From Thermoleophilaceae bacterium (GTDB taxonomy: Bacteria > Actinomycetota > Thermoleophilia > Solirubrobacterales > Thermoleophilaceae): a stretch of DNA of 40,098 nucleotides. Position numbers and translations under genes: made by a program. The stretch is from NCBI GenBank assembly GCA_051005475.1, contig JBPCJI010000080.1:1-40098 (forward strand), given 5' to 3'. Shown one piece after another: positions 16,649 to 25,874 of this stretch (positions within the stretch are counted from its first letter, which is position 1; every line of letters begins with the position of its first letter). The notes below the pieces were generated by a model. That model made no database searches, had not been told where the DNA came from, and saw only the letters and a list, made by a program, of their open reading frames with translations.

Positions 16649-17098
16649 ATGACACGCCTCTACGACCTCATGCTGCTGATCGATTCGAACGCCCCCGACG
16701 AGCGCCAGCGCGAGATCGTGGGGGAGGTCGAGGCCTCGCTGAACTCGGGAGGGAAGATCGTGAGTGCGCACGATTGGGGTAGCCGGCGCATGACCTTCGA
16801 GATCGACCACCGGCCGGAGGCCGCCTACCACCTCTACCAGTTCGAAGGTGACAACGCCCTTCTGGACCGGCTGAACCACAGCCTCAAGATCATGGACGGC
16901 GTCATGCGCTTTCGCATCATCCGCCAGGGTCCGGGATCACCGCCGGTGCCGCCCAGCCCCGATCCCACGCCCGCCCGCCGCGAGGACGAGCCCAACGGGC
17001 GCGTGGCTGCCAGGGCGGCGGCCGACGCGCCGGCCGAACCCGCCGTTCCCGCCGTTCCCGCCGTACCGGCCGAACCCGCCGAGGCAACGGCTGAGTGA
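16649..17098 (+). CDS. rpsF: 30S ribosomal protein S6 with a Pro/Ala-rich C-terminal extension
   Basis: The tracked ORF starts at 16220, but the homologous start is ATG 16649 (MTRLYDLMLLIDSNAPDERQREIV...HDWGSRRMTFEIDHRPEAAYHLYQFEG...VMRFRIIR). The 50-aa tail is rich in P/A/E. Confidence 0.9.
   Translation: MTRLYDLMLLIDSNAPDERQREIVGEVEASLNSGGKIVSAHDWGSRRMTFEIDHRPEAAYHLYQFEGDNALLDRLNHSLKIMDGVMRFRIIRQGPGSPPVPPSPDPTPARREDEPNGRVAARAAADAPAEPAVPAVPAVPAEPAEATAE
17031..17084 (+). repeat. In-frame 9-bp tandem repeat, six units (CCSGCCGWN), inside the rpsF tail
   Basis: The units are ccggccgaa cccgccgtt cccgccgtt cccgccgta ccggccgaa cccgccgag, encoding PAE-PAV-PAV-PAV-PAE-PAE. Confidence 0.85.
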
Positions 17099-17143
17099 CG
17101 CCGGGCCCCCTGGGGTTCGGCTGACGCGGCTCCCAAGCTCGCT

Positions 17144-17995
17144 GTGAGCCGAACCGGCGTACGCCGCGACCGCATCGGGCGTGCCCTCGCGCGCCTCCCC
17201 TCGCCCGCCCAGCGCCTGGTGCGGCTCACCTTCGTGGCCACCCGCGTGACCGCCGGGCCGCGAAGCTTCCTGGTCTATCTCCGTCTCAGCCGGATCCGCC
17301 GCCACGAGGGTTCGGGGGGACGTGTCGTGCGGGTGCGACTGCGCCCGCTGGGAGGGAGGGAGGTCCTGCTTCGACCGAGCACCTCCGATGTCGACACCGT
17401 CTGGGGGACCTTCGCCGGCCGCTACCACCTCCCCCCGCCCGAGATGCGGGACCCGCGGCTGATCTGGGACCTCGGCGCCAACATCGGCTTGACGATGGCG
17501 GACATGGCCAACCGATTTCCTGCCGCCAGGATCCTCGGGGTGGAGCTCGACCGCGAGAACGCGGAGCTCGCGCGGGTGAACCTGGCGCCCTGGTCCGAGC
17601 GCTGCGAGGTCGTCCAGGGAGGCGTGTGGCCACAGGACGGGGAGCTGCGCTACCGCCATTTCCCCGGCGGCACCTCGGGCCACCAGGTGGCCGACGTGCC
17701 GGAGGGCTTCGAGGACCCGGGCGTGAGGACCGCGCCCGCGATCTCCCCCGGAACGCTGCTCGCCCGCGCGGGCCCGGACGCCGTCGTGGACTACGCCAAG
17801 GTGGACGTCGAAGGCGCCGAGCGCGAGCTGCTGCGCACGGGGACCGAATGGGCCGCTCGTGTCCGCACCATCACCGTCGAGGTGCACGAGCCTTACACGG
17901 TCGCCGAGTGCGAGCGGGACCTCGACGCGCTCGGCTTCACGACCCGCGCCGACCCCCGCCACCGGGCCTGCGTGGTCGGAGTGCGCACCGCCTGA
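17144..17995 (+). CDS. FkbM-family SAM-dependent methyltransferase
   Basis: 283 aa with a GTG start. IWDLGANIGLTMADMANRFPAARILGVELDRENAELARVNL and VDYAKVDVEGAERELL are typical FkbM-domain blocks. The 5' end is uncertain. Confidence 0.75.
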   Translation: MSRTGVRRDRIGRALARLPSPAQRLVRLTFVATRVTAGPRSFLVYLRLSRIRRHEGSGGRVVRVRLRPLGGREVLLRPSTSDVDTVWGTFAGRYHLPPPEMRDPRLIWDLGANIGLTMADMANRFPAARILGVELDRENAELARVNLAPWSERCEVVQGGVWPQDGELRYRHFPGGTSGHQVADVPEGFEDPGVRTAPAISPGTLLARAGPDAVVDYAKVDVEGAERELLRTGTEWAARVRTITVEVHEPYTVAECERDLDALGFTTRADPRHRACVVGVRTA

Positions 17996-18135
17996 GGCCC
18001 CTGTGTGACGGCTCATCCACAGTTGACGCAAAGAGCAGGGTCAATGTGTCAGGTCCGGCCCAACTCCGCCGACCGCCTTTGTAACCTCGACCGTCCAGCC
18101 TCCACCAACTTCCGAGAGACCAGAAGGAGCTACAG

Positions 18136-18594
18136 ATGGCAGCCACGAACATCAACAGGGTCGTCCTCACCGGCAACCTCACCCGCGATCCCGAGCTGCG
18201 CAGCACGCCCAGCGGCACCGCCGTGTGCGGACTGCGGGTGGCCTGCAACACGCGCCGCAAGGATGCCTCCGGCCAGTGGGCCGACAAGCCCAACTACTTC
18301 GATGTCACGGTCTGGGGCGCGCAGGGCGAGAACTGCGCCCAATACCTCTCGAAGGGGCGCCCGGTGGCGATCGACGGTCGCCTGGAGTGGCGCGAGTGGG
18401 AGGCGAAGGACGGCTCTGGAAAGCGGCAGAGCGTGGACATCATCGCGGACTCGGTCCAGTTCCTCGGATCGCGCGAGGGGGGCGAGGAGAACGGCTCGCG
18501 GTTCACCCCGCAGAGCGATGTCCCCGCGGACACGGCCGACTTCCAGCCGGCGGCAGCCGGCGGCGGGGCCTCAGACGACGACATCCCGTTCTAG
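18136..18594 (+). CDS. ssb: Single-stranded DNA-binding protein
   Basis: SD AAGGAG lies 6 nt upstream. The OB fold starts NINRVVLTGNLTRDPELRSTPSGTAVCGLRVA. A Gly/acidic tail ends in the canonical DDDIPF. Confidence 0.95.
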   Translation: MAATNINRVVLTGNLTRDPELRSTPSGTAVCGLRVACNTRRKDASGQWADKPNYFDVTVWGAQGENCAQYLSKGRPVAIDGRLEWREWEAKDGSGKRQSVDIIADSVQFLGSREGGEENGSRFTPQSDVPADTADFQPAAAGGGASDDDIPF

Positions 18595-18678
18595 CCGGGG
18601 TTGCCGCCGCATCCTGTGGCGAAGAGGAGGCGGTAGCATTGCCGGCTTCATGCGGTCGCACAGAGCAGTTACGCGAAA

Positions 18679-18702
18679 CCGACCCTCTCGCGGGAGGGTC
18701 GG
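18679..18702 (+). promoter_or_regulatory. Perfect 9-bp GC-rich hairpin whose 3' arm contains the rplI Shine-Dalgarno sequence
   Basis: CCGACCCTC (18679-18687), loop TCGCGG, GAGGGTCGG (18694-18702). GGGAGGG at 18692-18698 is the only SD-like element before ATG 18706. Confidence 0.55.
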
Positions 18703-18705
18703 CTG

Positions 18706-19155
18706 ATGGCTCAGGCGATCCTGCTGCAATCCGTCGAGCCGCTCGGAGAGCGGGGGGACGTGGTCGACGTCTCGGACGGCTACCTGCGCAACTTCCTCGT
18801 CCCGCGCAAGCTCGCCCAGCCCGCCACGGCTGCCTCGATTGCCGAGGCCGAGCGTCGGCAGGAGGCTGCGGAGCGCGCGGTGGTGGAGCAGGCGCAGCGG
18901 ACCGAGGAGACCGCGGCGTTGCTGCGCAAGACCGTGCTCACGATCTCGCATCAGGCCGGGGACGACGGCCGGCTGTTCGGATCGGTGACGGCACAGCAGA
19001 TCGTCGACGCGGTGCGTCAGGCACGTGGCCTGAAGCTCGACAAGCGCCGGATCCAGCTCGAGGAGCCGATCAAGGCGACGGGCACCCACATGATCACGGT
19101 GGAGGTCGCCGATGGAGTGAGCGCCGCCGTCAAGACGATCGTCACCGCCGAGTAA
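18706..19155 (+). CDS. rplI: 50S ribosomal protein L9
   Basis: 149 aa. MAQAILLQSVEPLGERGDVVDVSDGYLRNFLVPRKLAQPAT is a typical L9 N-terminal domain. Confidence 0.95.
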   Translation: MAQAILLQSVEPLGERGDVVDVSDGYLRNFLVPRKLAQPATAASIAEAERRQEAAERAVVEQAQRTEETAALLRKTVLTISHQAGDDGRLFGSVTAQQIVDAVRQARGLKLDKRRIQLEEPIKATGTHMITVEVADGVSAAVKTIVTAE

Positions 19156-19171
19156 CCCCCGGAACGCCGTC

Positions 19172-20551
19172 GTGGCCGTCCTAGCCCCGCCGCCGGGCGC
19201 CGCCGGCGTGCCGCCGCAGAACGAGGAGGCTGAGGTCGCGGTCCTCGGCGCGATCCTGCTCACCGAGCAGGCACTGGACCAGATCCTCGTCGAGCTCAAG
19301 CTGGGACCGGACGATTTCTACCGGCCGCGCCACCAGCTCATCTTCCGCTCGATGCTCCGCCTGAAGGAGAAGGCGGAGCCCGAGGCCGTTGACGCCATCA
19401 CCGTCTGCGATGACCTCACGCGGGAGGGCAGGATCGCAGAGGTGGGCGGGCCGGCCTACGTGCACTCCCTCCCCACCATGGTTCCCGCAGTCGGAGCCGT
19501 GCGGGACTACGCCAAGATCGTGCGCGACCACGCGATCCTGCGCGGCCTGCTCGCCACCGCACGCGAGATCCAGGAGCGGGTGGCCACCGAGAGCGGCGAC
19601 CCCCGCCTGCTGGTCGAGCAGGCCGAGCAGGCCATCTTCCGGGCCGGTCACGACCATGAGGCGAAGGCGCTGCGGCCGATCGAGGAGATACTCCACGAGG
19701 AACTGGACAAGCTGGAGCGGCTCTCGAAGGAGGGGCAGTCGCTCACCGGCACGCCATCCGGCTTCCGGGACCTCGACGAGATCAACGGGGGCTTCCAGCC
19801 CGGGAACCTGATCGTCCTGGCGGCGAGGCCGGCGATGGGCAAGTCCTGTCTCGCCACGTGCATCGCCGAGAACGCGGCGGTCGACCACGGGAAGGCCGTC
19901 GCCCTCTTCTCCCTGGAGATGTCGGAGGGCGAGCTCGGACAGCGCCTGATCGCCTCGCGCGCGAAGCTGAGCGGGGAGTCCCTGCGAAAGGGACGGGTGA
20001 AGGCGGAGCGCTGGCCGAAGGTCCTGCAGGCCACCGACAAGCTTGCGCCGGCGCCGCTCTGGATCGACGATTCGAGCGACATCGGGGTGCTGGAGCTACG
20101 CGCGAAGGCGCGCAGGCTCCACCAGCGCCACCCGCTCGGCCTGCTGATCGTGGACTACCTGCAGCTGATCCGCCCGGAGGACCCGCGCGACGGCCGTGTC
20201 GAGCAGGTCGGCAAGATGAGCCGCGGGTTGAAGATCCTGGCTCGCGAGCTCCACATTCCGGTGATCGCCATCTCGCAGCTATCGCGTGCGGTCGAGGCGC
20301 GCCCGGACAAGCGCCCGCTCATGTCGGACCTGCGGGAGAGCGGCAACATCGAGCAGGACTCCGACCTCGTGATGTTCGTGTACCGCGACGAGTACTACAA
20401 CTCCGACACCGACAAGCCCGGCGTGGCCGAGGTGATCATCGGCAAGCACCGCAACGGGCCTGTCGGCCATGTCGAGCTCGCCTTCCTCGACCGCTATCCG
20501 AAGTTCGCGAGCATCGCGCGCGAGCGGGTCGCCGAAACCGCGGTGAGGTGA
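19172..20551 (+). CDS. dnaB: Replicative DNA helicase
   Basis: 459 aa. The N-terminal region has PPQNEEAEVAVLGAILL. Walker A is AARPAMGKSCLA. Further blocks are LIVDYLQLI and ISQLSRAVE. No intein is present. Confidence 0.95.
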   Translation: MAVLAPPPGAAGVPPQNEEAEVAVLGAILLTEQALDQILVELKLGPDDFYRPRHQLIFRSMLRLKEKAEPEAVDAITVCDDLTREGRIAEVGGPAYVHSLPTMVPAVGAVRDYAKIVRDHAILRGLLATAREIQERVATESGDPRLLVEQAEQAIFRAGHDHEAKALRPIEEILHEELDKLERLSKEGQSLTGTPSGFRDLDEINGGFQPGNLIVLAARPAMGKSCLATCIAENAAVDHGKAVALFSLEMSEGELGQRLIASRAKLSGESLRKGRVKAERWPKVLQATDKLAPAPLWIDDSSDIGVLELRAKARRLHQRHPLGLLIVDYLQLIRPEDPRDGRVEQVGKMSRGLKILARELHIPVIAISQLSRAVEARPDKRPLMSDLRESGNIEQDSDLVMFVYRDEYYNSDTDKPGVAEVIIGKHRNGPVGHVELAFLDRYPKFASIARERVAETAVR

Positions 20552-21285
20552 TGCTGCGTCCAGTGCCCGAACCGGGCGGAGATGGCGACCCCGGCGGGCG
20601 CCGACCCTGCGTCCTGGGCATCTGCGAGGGCAACGGGTGGGTCCTCCGGGAGGACAACCAGTCCGAGCCCTGCGAGTGTCAGGAGCGCATGGTCAGCAGG
20701 GCGGCCAGCCGGGGAATGGGGACGGGTATCCCCAAGCGCTACCGTGGAGTCTCGTTCGAGCGCAAGCCGGTCTGCGACCTCGACCCATTCGTCCTGCGCC
20801 ACGTCCGCACCTTCGTCGAGCAGGTCGATCAGCAGCTGGGCGCCGGGAAGGGCCTCTGGTTCACCGGCGACGTGGGCACGGGGAAGACCTCCCTCGCGAT
20901 GCTGGTCTCGCAGGCGGCCGAGCGGAAGGGCCGCTCCGTGGCGATCTACCCCGTCACGCGCCTGCTCGCCGAGATCAAGAACACCTACGACCGGGAGACC
21001 GGCGGCTCGTACATGTCCCTCTTCGAGAAGCTGGTGTCGGTCGACCTGCTGCACCTCGACGACCTCGGCGCGGAGAAGCGGACGGATTGGGTCCTCCAGG
21101 AGCTGTACTCGATCGTCAACGAGCGCTGGCAGGACGAGCGCTCGATCGTGGTCACCACGAACATCACCGACCTCGACGAGCTGCGGAACGAGATCGGATC
21201 GAGGACGGTCTCGCGGCTCGTCGAGATATGCGGCGATCCCATTCCCATCATGGGGCCGGATCTCCGGCTGACGTCCGCGGTCTAG
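20551..21285 (+). CDS. DnaC/DnaI/IstB-like AAA+ ATPase, putative helicase loader
   Basis: ATG 20551 overlaps the dnaB stop (TGATG). Walker A is FTGDVGTGKTSLA, Walker B is LLHLDDLGAEK and sensor I is VVTTN. The N-terminal 45 aa carry four Cys (CVLGIC...CEC). The ORF lies inside the tracked frame 19858..21285, whose upstream part is an out-of-frame shadow of dnaB. Confidence 0.8.
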   Translation: MLRPVPEPGGDGDPGGRRPCVLGICEGNGWVLREDNQSEPCECQERMVSRAASRGMGTGIPKRYRGVSFERKPVCDLDPFVLRHVRTFVEQVDQQLGAGKGLWFTGDVGTGKTSLAMLVSQAAERKGRSVAIYPVTRLLAEIKNTYDRETGGSYMSLFEKLVSVDLLHLDDLGAEKRTDWVLQELYSIVNERWQDERSIVVTTNITDLDELRNEIGSRTVSRLVEICGDPIPIMGPDLRLTSAV

Positions 21286-22617
<1,332 letters not shown>

Positions 22618-22651
22618 GGAGGACCCCGGCCGTTCCCCTGCCGCCGAGGGC

Positions 22652-23425
22652 TCAGGCCCTCACGACGTGGCTCGACGCGGCCATGTCGTGCAGGGCACGG
22701 TTCTGGTCGTCCCACAACGGCCAGAAGAAGTTGAGGAACCAGGGAATGATGGGGATGATCGACGACGCGATGCCCACCGCCAGGTTCTTGAGCACGACCT
22801 CACGCAGGGCCGCCGACCCGAACCGCCACGGCTCGCCGCTGTCCCTCACCGCGCGGATGCCGACCAGCTGCTTGCCCCACGTCTGACCGTTGCGCTCGCC
22901 TTTGCGGCTCATCAACGGCGGGGCGTAGAAGAGCCAGATGAGCCCGACGAGCAGCAGCCAGCCGAAGAATGCCACGAAGGCCGCGCCCACAGCCACGTCC
23001 TCGTCGTCCGTGCCGGTCAAACCGACCGCGCCACCGACGAGCAGCACGAACAGGATGATGGCCGGCACGAGCAGCACGAGCGAGTCGATGGCGTAGGCCC
23101 CCGCTCGCGATCCCCAGCTCGCGAGCTCGCCCTGGGCCCGGCCGCCGGCCGCCGGAGGGGCCTGATGCCAGCCGCCAGGGGGAACCGGGCCGCCGTAGGG
23201 CGGCGCGGGCGGCATGCCGGGAGTCTCGGGCCCGGCGGGGGGAGCCGGCGGCGCGTAAGGCGGAGCGGCCGGTGGTGGCGGTGCCGGCTGGTTCGGCGGG
23301 GGTGCCGGCGCGCCCGGCGCTGGTGATTGCGGGCCGGAGGGCGGGGCCTGGCCGGGGCCATATCCCGGTGAGCCGGGGCCGAAGCCTGGAGGGTCGGGTT
23401 GGTTGTCGCCTGAGCTGGAGTCCAT
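22652..23425 (-). CDS. RDD-family membrane protein with a Pro-rich N-terminal region
   Basis: The tracked ORF extends to 23746 across the upstream gene. The plausible start is ATG 23425 (MDSSSGDNQ). About 95 aa of a P/G/A-rich segment precede the RDD domain (ASWGSRAGAYAIDSLVLLVPAIILF...WGKQLVGIRAVRD...WDDQNRALHDMAA). Confidence 0.8.
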   Translation of the reverse strand: MDSSSGDNQPDPPGFGPGSPGYGPGQAPPSGPQSPAPGAPAPPPNQPAPPPPAAPPYAPPAPPAGPETPGMPPAPPYGGPVPPGGWHQAPPAAGGRAQGELASWGSRAGAYAIDSLVLLVPAIILFVLLVGGAVGLTGTDDEDVAVGAAFVAFFGWLLLVGLIWLFYAPPLMSRKGERNGQTWGKQLVGIRAVRDSGEPWRFGSAALREVVLKNLAVGIASSIIPIIPWFLNFFWPLWDDQNRALHDMAASSHVVRA

Positions 23426-23435
23426 TGCGCCAACT

Positions 23436-24173
23436 CTAACGCTCGCCGGGCAGGCCGCCGGGCTCGCCGGGCAGGCCGCCGGATGCGCCCGACGGCGAGT
23501 CCTCGAGCACGACCTCCTCTCCACGGCGCAGGAAGCGCATCGCGAGCGCCACCGACGCGAGCATCGCGGTGACCGCGAGCGCGATCTGCACGCTGAGGAC
23601 GCCCTCCTCCGTCCAGTAGACGTCGTCCAGTTCCAGGAGCAGCGCGGACTCGTCGAGCGTGAGGCCCATCCCCGCGCCGAAGGGGATCGCCAGCAGCGGC
23701 TCGATCGCCTCGTTGCGTGTGACGATCGCCGCGCCGCCGGAGGCAAATGCGAGCACTATGCCCGGCACGAAGTGGTGAATGTGACGCCGGCCCAGCTTCA
23801 GGTCACGGAACGGGCCGACGGTAGAGCGGCCGCGCAGCAAAGTGGTCACCGTCCGGGCGGTGAGGAAGGTGAGCACGAAGGACGTGAGCAGGTTGAACAT
23901 CGAGTTCTCGCGCGTCGAGACCTCGCGGTATCCGGTCACGGCAACCTCCGCGGTCTCGGCCGCCGCTTCGGCAACGGCCAGCAGCGGGTCCTCCGCGACG
24001 GTCGCCTTGGGGGCGGAGCCCTTGCGCCAGACACGGCTGAACTCCACCGTGATCACCGCTGCGATGGCGGCGGTGGCGAGGAGCCCGAGCGCCCGCGTCC
24101 GGCGGTCGGCCAGCAGTCCCCGCCGGCGCTCTCGCCGGGGGCGGGTGCGGGATCGCCGGGTCCCCCCGCTCAC
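23436..24173 (-). CDS. Hypothetical integral membrane protein
   Basis: 245 aa. The GTG start overlaps the stop of the acetyltransferase gene (GTGA). It has about five hydrophobic helices and a GRRHIHHFVPGI motif. The family is not recognised. Confidence 0.6.
   Translation of the reverse strand: MSGGTRRSRTRPRRERRRGLLADRRTRALGLLATAAIAAVITVEFSRVWRKGSAPKATVAEDPLLAVAEAAAETAEVAVTGYREVSTRENSMFNLLTSFVLTFLTARTVTTLLRGRSTVGPFRDLKLGRRHIHHFVPGIVLAFASGGAAIVTRNEAIEPLLAIPFGAGMGLTLDESALLLELDDVYWTEEGVLSVQIALAVTAMLASVALAMRFLRRGEEVVLEDSPSGASGGLPGEPGGLPGER
23441..23482. repeat. Perfect 21-bp tandem duplication (GCTCGCCGGGCAGGCCGCCGG x2) at the 3' end of the membrane-protein gene
   Basis: Read directly. It encodes GGLPGEP-GGLPGE just before the stop at 23436. 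Confidence 0.9.
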
Positions 24174-24880
24174 GAGAACCGCTCCAACAGATCCTCCTCC
24201 GGCACGTCACGAACGACCCGCGCCGGCACCCCCATCACCACGCTACGGGCCGGGACGTCCGCGATCACCACCGCCCCGGCGGCCACGAACGCCTCCTCTC
24301 CGATCTCGACGCCGGGTGTGAGCACGGCGCCCCCGCCCACCCGGCACGCCCTCCGCAGCGTCGCGCCACGAAGCTGGTGGGCCGGCCCGTGACGGCCCAT
24401 GGTGTTGTCGTTGGTGAGGGTCACGCCGGGGGCAACGAAGACATCGTCCTCGATGGTCGAGAAGGCGGTTATGTAGCAGCCGGTCTGGATCTTCACGCGC
24501 GCGCCGATCCTCACGTCGTTGTCCACCGCCGCGCCGCGTCCGATCACGCTGCCCGCCCCGATCACGGTACGCTCGCGCACGTGGGCCTGGTCGCCCACCA
24601 TCGCGCCGTCACCGATGCGCGCGCCGGCCACCACTACGGCCCCGGCGCACACGGTCACGCCGGAGCCCAGCTCGACCGGAGGAAGGGGATCCCGGGAGGC
24701 GCCCGAGTGGGGGCCGAGGGCGATCGGCTTGCCGATCACCGCGCCATCCTGGATCCGCGCCTCCCCGCCGATGACCGTGCCCGCGTGGATAACGACGTTT
24801 CCGCCCAGCTCGACCGTCGGCGGCAGCAGCACGTGGTCGCCCAACAGCAGTCCCGGGGCGCGGTCAGACGGCCGTAGCAC
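24170..24880 (-). CDS. Left-handed beta-helix (hexapeptide-repeat) sugar N-acetyltransferase, WbpD/WlbB-like
   Basis: Hexapeptide repeats run throughout (VIGGEARIQDGAVIG...VGDQAHVRERTVIGAGSVIGRGAAVDNDVRIGARVKIQTGCYI...). The tracked ORF (to 25291) is an out-of-frame extension over the upstream gene. I use GTG 24880 as the start (17-nt overlap with the oxidoreductase stop). GTG 24832 is an alternative. Confidence 0.85.
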   Translation of the reverse strand: MLRPSDRAPGLLLGDHVLLPPTVELGGNVVIHAGTVIGGEARIQDGAVIGKPIALGPHSGASRDPLPPVELGSGVTVCAGAVVVAGARIGDGAMVGDQAHVRERTVIGAGSVIGRGAAVDNDVRIGARVKIQTGCYITAFSTIEDDVFVAPGVTLTNDNTMGRHGPAHQLRGATLRRACRVGGGAVLTPGVEIGEEAFVAAGAVVIADVPARSVVMGVPARVVRDVPEEDLLERFS

Positions 24881-25874
24881 GGTCGCTCCCGTCCAGTGAC
24901 CGTTGCAGCTGCTCGAGCACCCGTACCACGCGAAGACCGCTCTCACCGTCCGAGCGCGGGACCGCCCCGTCGCGAATGCACTCGGCGAAGTGCGCGCACT
25001 CGAGCCTGAGGGGCTCGTCGTTGGGCACCCGCGGGGACCAGCTGTCTCCCGAGCGGGCGATGTACTCGCCGTAGGAGGCGAAGTCCTCGTCGAAGCCCTT
25101 GTCGTAGACGGTGAGCTTGCGCTCGACCTCCATGTCGTCGAAGGTGGCCATCTTCCGGGACCCGACGACGGTGAAGCGACGTTCCTTGTGCGGGTCGAGC
25201 CACGAGAGGTGCAGGTGGGCGGCGAGCCCCGAGGGAAAGCGCAGGTAGCAGAAGACGACGTCCTCGATACCCGGGCGCATGTAGGACTCACCCATTGCGG
25301 CGCACTCCGTGGGCTCCTGACCGGCCAGGCGGAGCATCACCGACACGTCGTGGGCGCCCAGGCTCCAGAGGGCGTTCTCCTCGGCGCGCAGCTTTCCGAG
25401 GTTCAGCCGGTTCCCGTAGATGTAGTGGATGTCACCGAGCTCGCCGGAGTCGGCTATCTGCTTCAGCCGCTCGAGGCCGGGGTGATATTCGAGCAGATGG
25501 CCGACCATCAGCACGCGGCCGGCGTCTCGCGCCGCCGCCACCACCGCCTCTGCCTCTGCGGCGGACTGGGCGAGCGGCTTCTCGACGAAGCAGTGCTTGC
25601 CCGCGGCGAGCACCAGCTCCGCCAGCCGGGCGTGGGTCGACACCGGGGTGGCCACCGCGATCGCCTCGAGCGCTCCGTCCCCGAGCAGCTCGTCGATCCC
25701 GGTCGCGATCCGGGCGTCGGGAAAAGCTGCTCCCCAGCGACTGCGGGCATCCTCGGAGGCATCGCAGATCCAGGCGAGGTCGAACTGCGGCAGGCGGTCG
25801 AAGTTCCGCGCGAGGTTGGGGCCCCAGTACCCGAGTCCGATCACGCCCACGCGCAGCGGCGCGGCCGCGGTCAC
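24864..25874 (-). CDS. Gfo/Idh/MocA-family NAD-dependent sugar oxidoreductase (WbpB/WlbA-like)
   Basis: 336 aa. The Rossmann N-terminus is LRVGVIGLGYWGPNLARNF. Further blocks are EKPLA and MVGHLLEYHP. The GTG start overlaps the dehydrogenase stop (GTGA). Confidence 0.9.
   Translation of the reverse strand: MTAAAPLRVGVIGLGYWGPNLARNFDRLPQFDLAWICDASEDARSRWGAAFPDARIATGIDELLGDGALEAIAVATPVSTHARLAELVLAAGKHCFVEKPLAQSAAEAEAVVAAARDAGRVLMVGHLLEYHPGLERLKQIADSGELGDIHYIYGNRLNLGKLRAEENALWSLGAHDVSVMLRLAGQEPTECAAMGESYMRPGIEDVVFCYLRFPSGLAAHLHLSWLDPHKERRFTVVGSRKMATFDDMEVERKLTVYDKGFDEDFASYGEYIARSGDSWSPRVPNDEPLRLECAHFAECIRDGAVPRSDGESGLRVVRVLEQLQRSLDGSDRATAV

Noticed and set aside
16149-16655. The full-length 168-aa version of the minus-strand ORF in the otsA-rpsF gap.
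   Set aside because: Its ATG at 16655 would overlap the divergent rpsF start codon and leave no promoter space. Only the shorter GTG-16544 version is kept, at low confidence.
17099-17143. An imperfect hairpin (GCCGGGCCCC..GGGGTTCGGC) after rpsF as an intrinsic terminator. Weak stems after purA (22618-22651) and after the 145-aa ORF (36880-36905) were considered likewise.
   Set aside because: The stems are short or interrupted, the loops are too small or too large, and no U-tract follows. The evidence is insufficient to call terminators.
20551-21285. The IstB-like ATPase as the helper gene of an IS21-family insertion sequence (mobile element).
   Set aside because: There is no IstA transposase or terminal inverted repeats nearby. 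The gene start overlaps the dnaB stop and GC3 matches its neighbours. I call it a DnaC/DnaI-like loader candidate instead.
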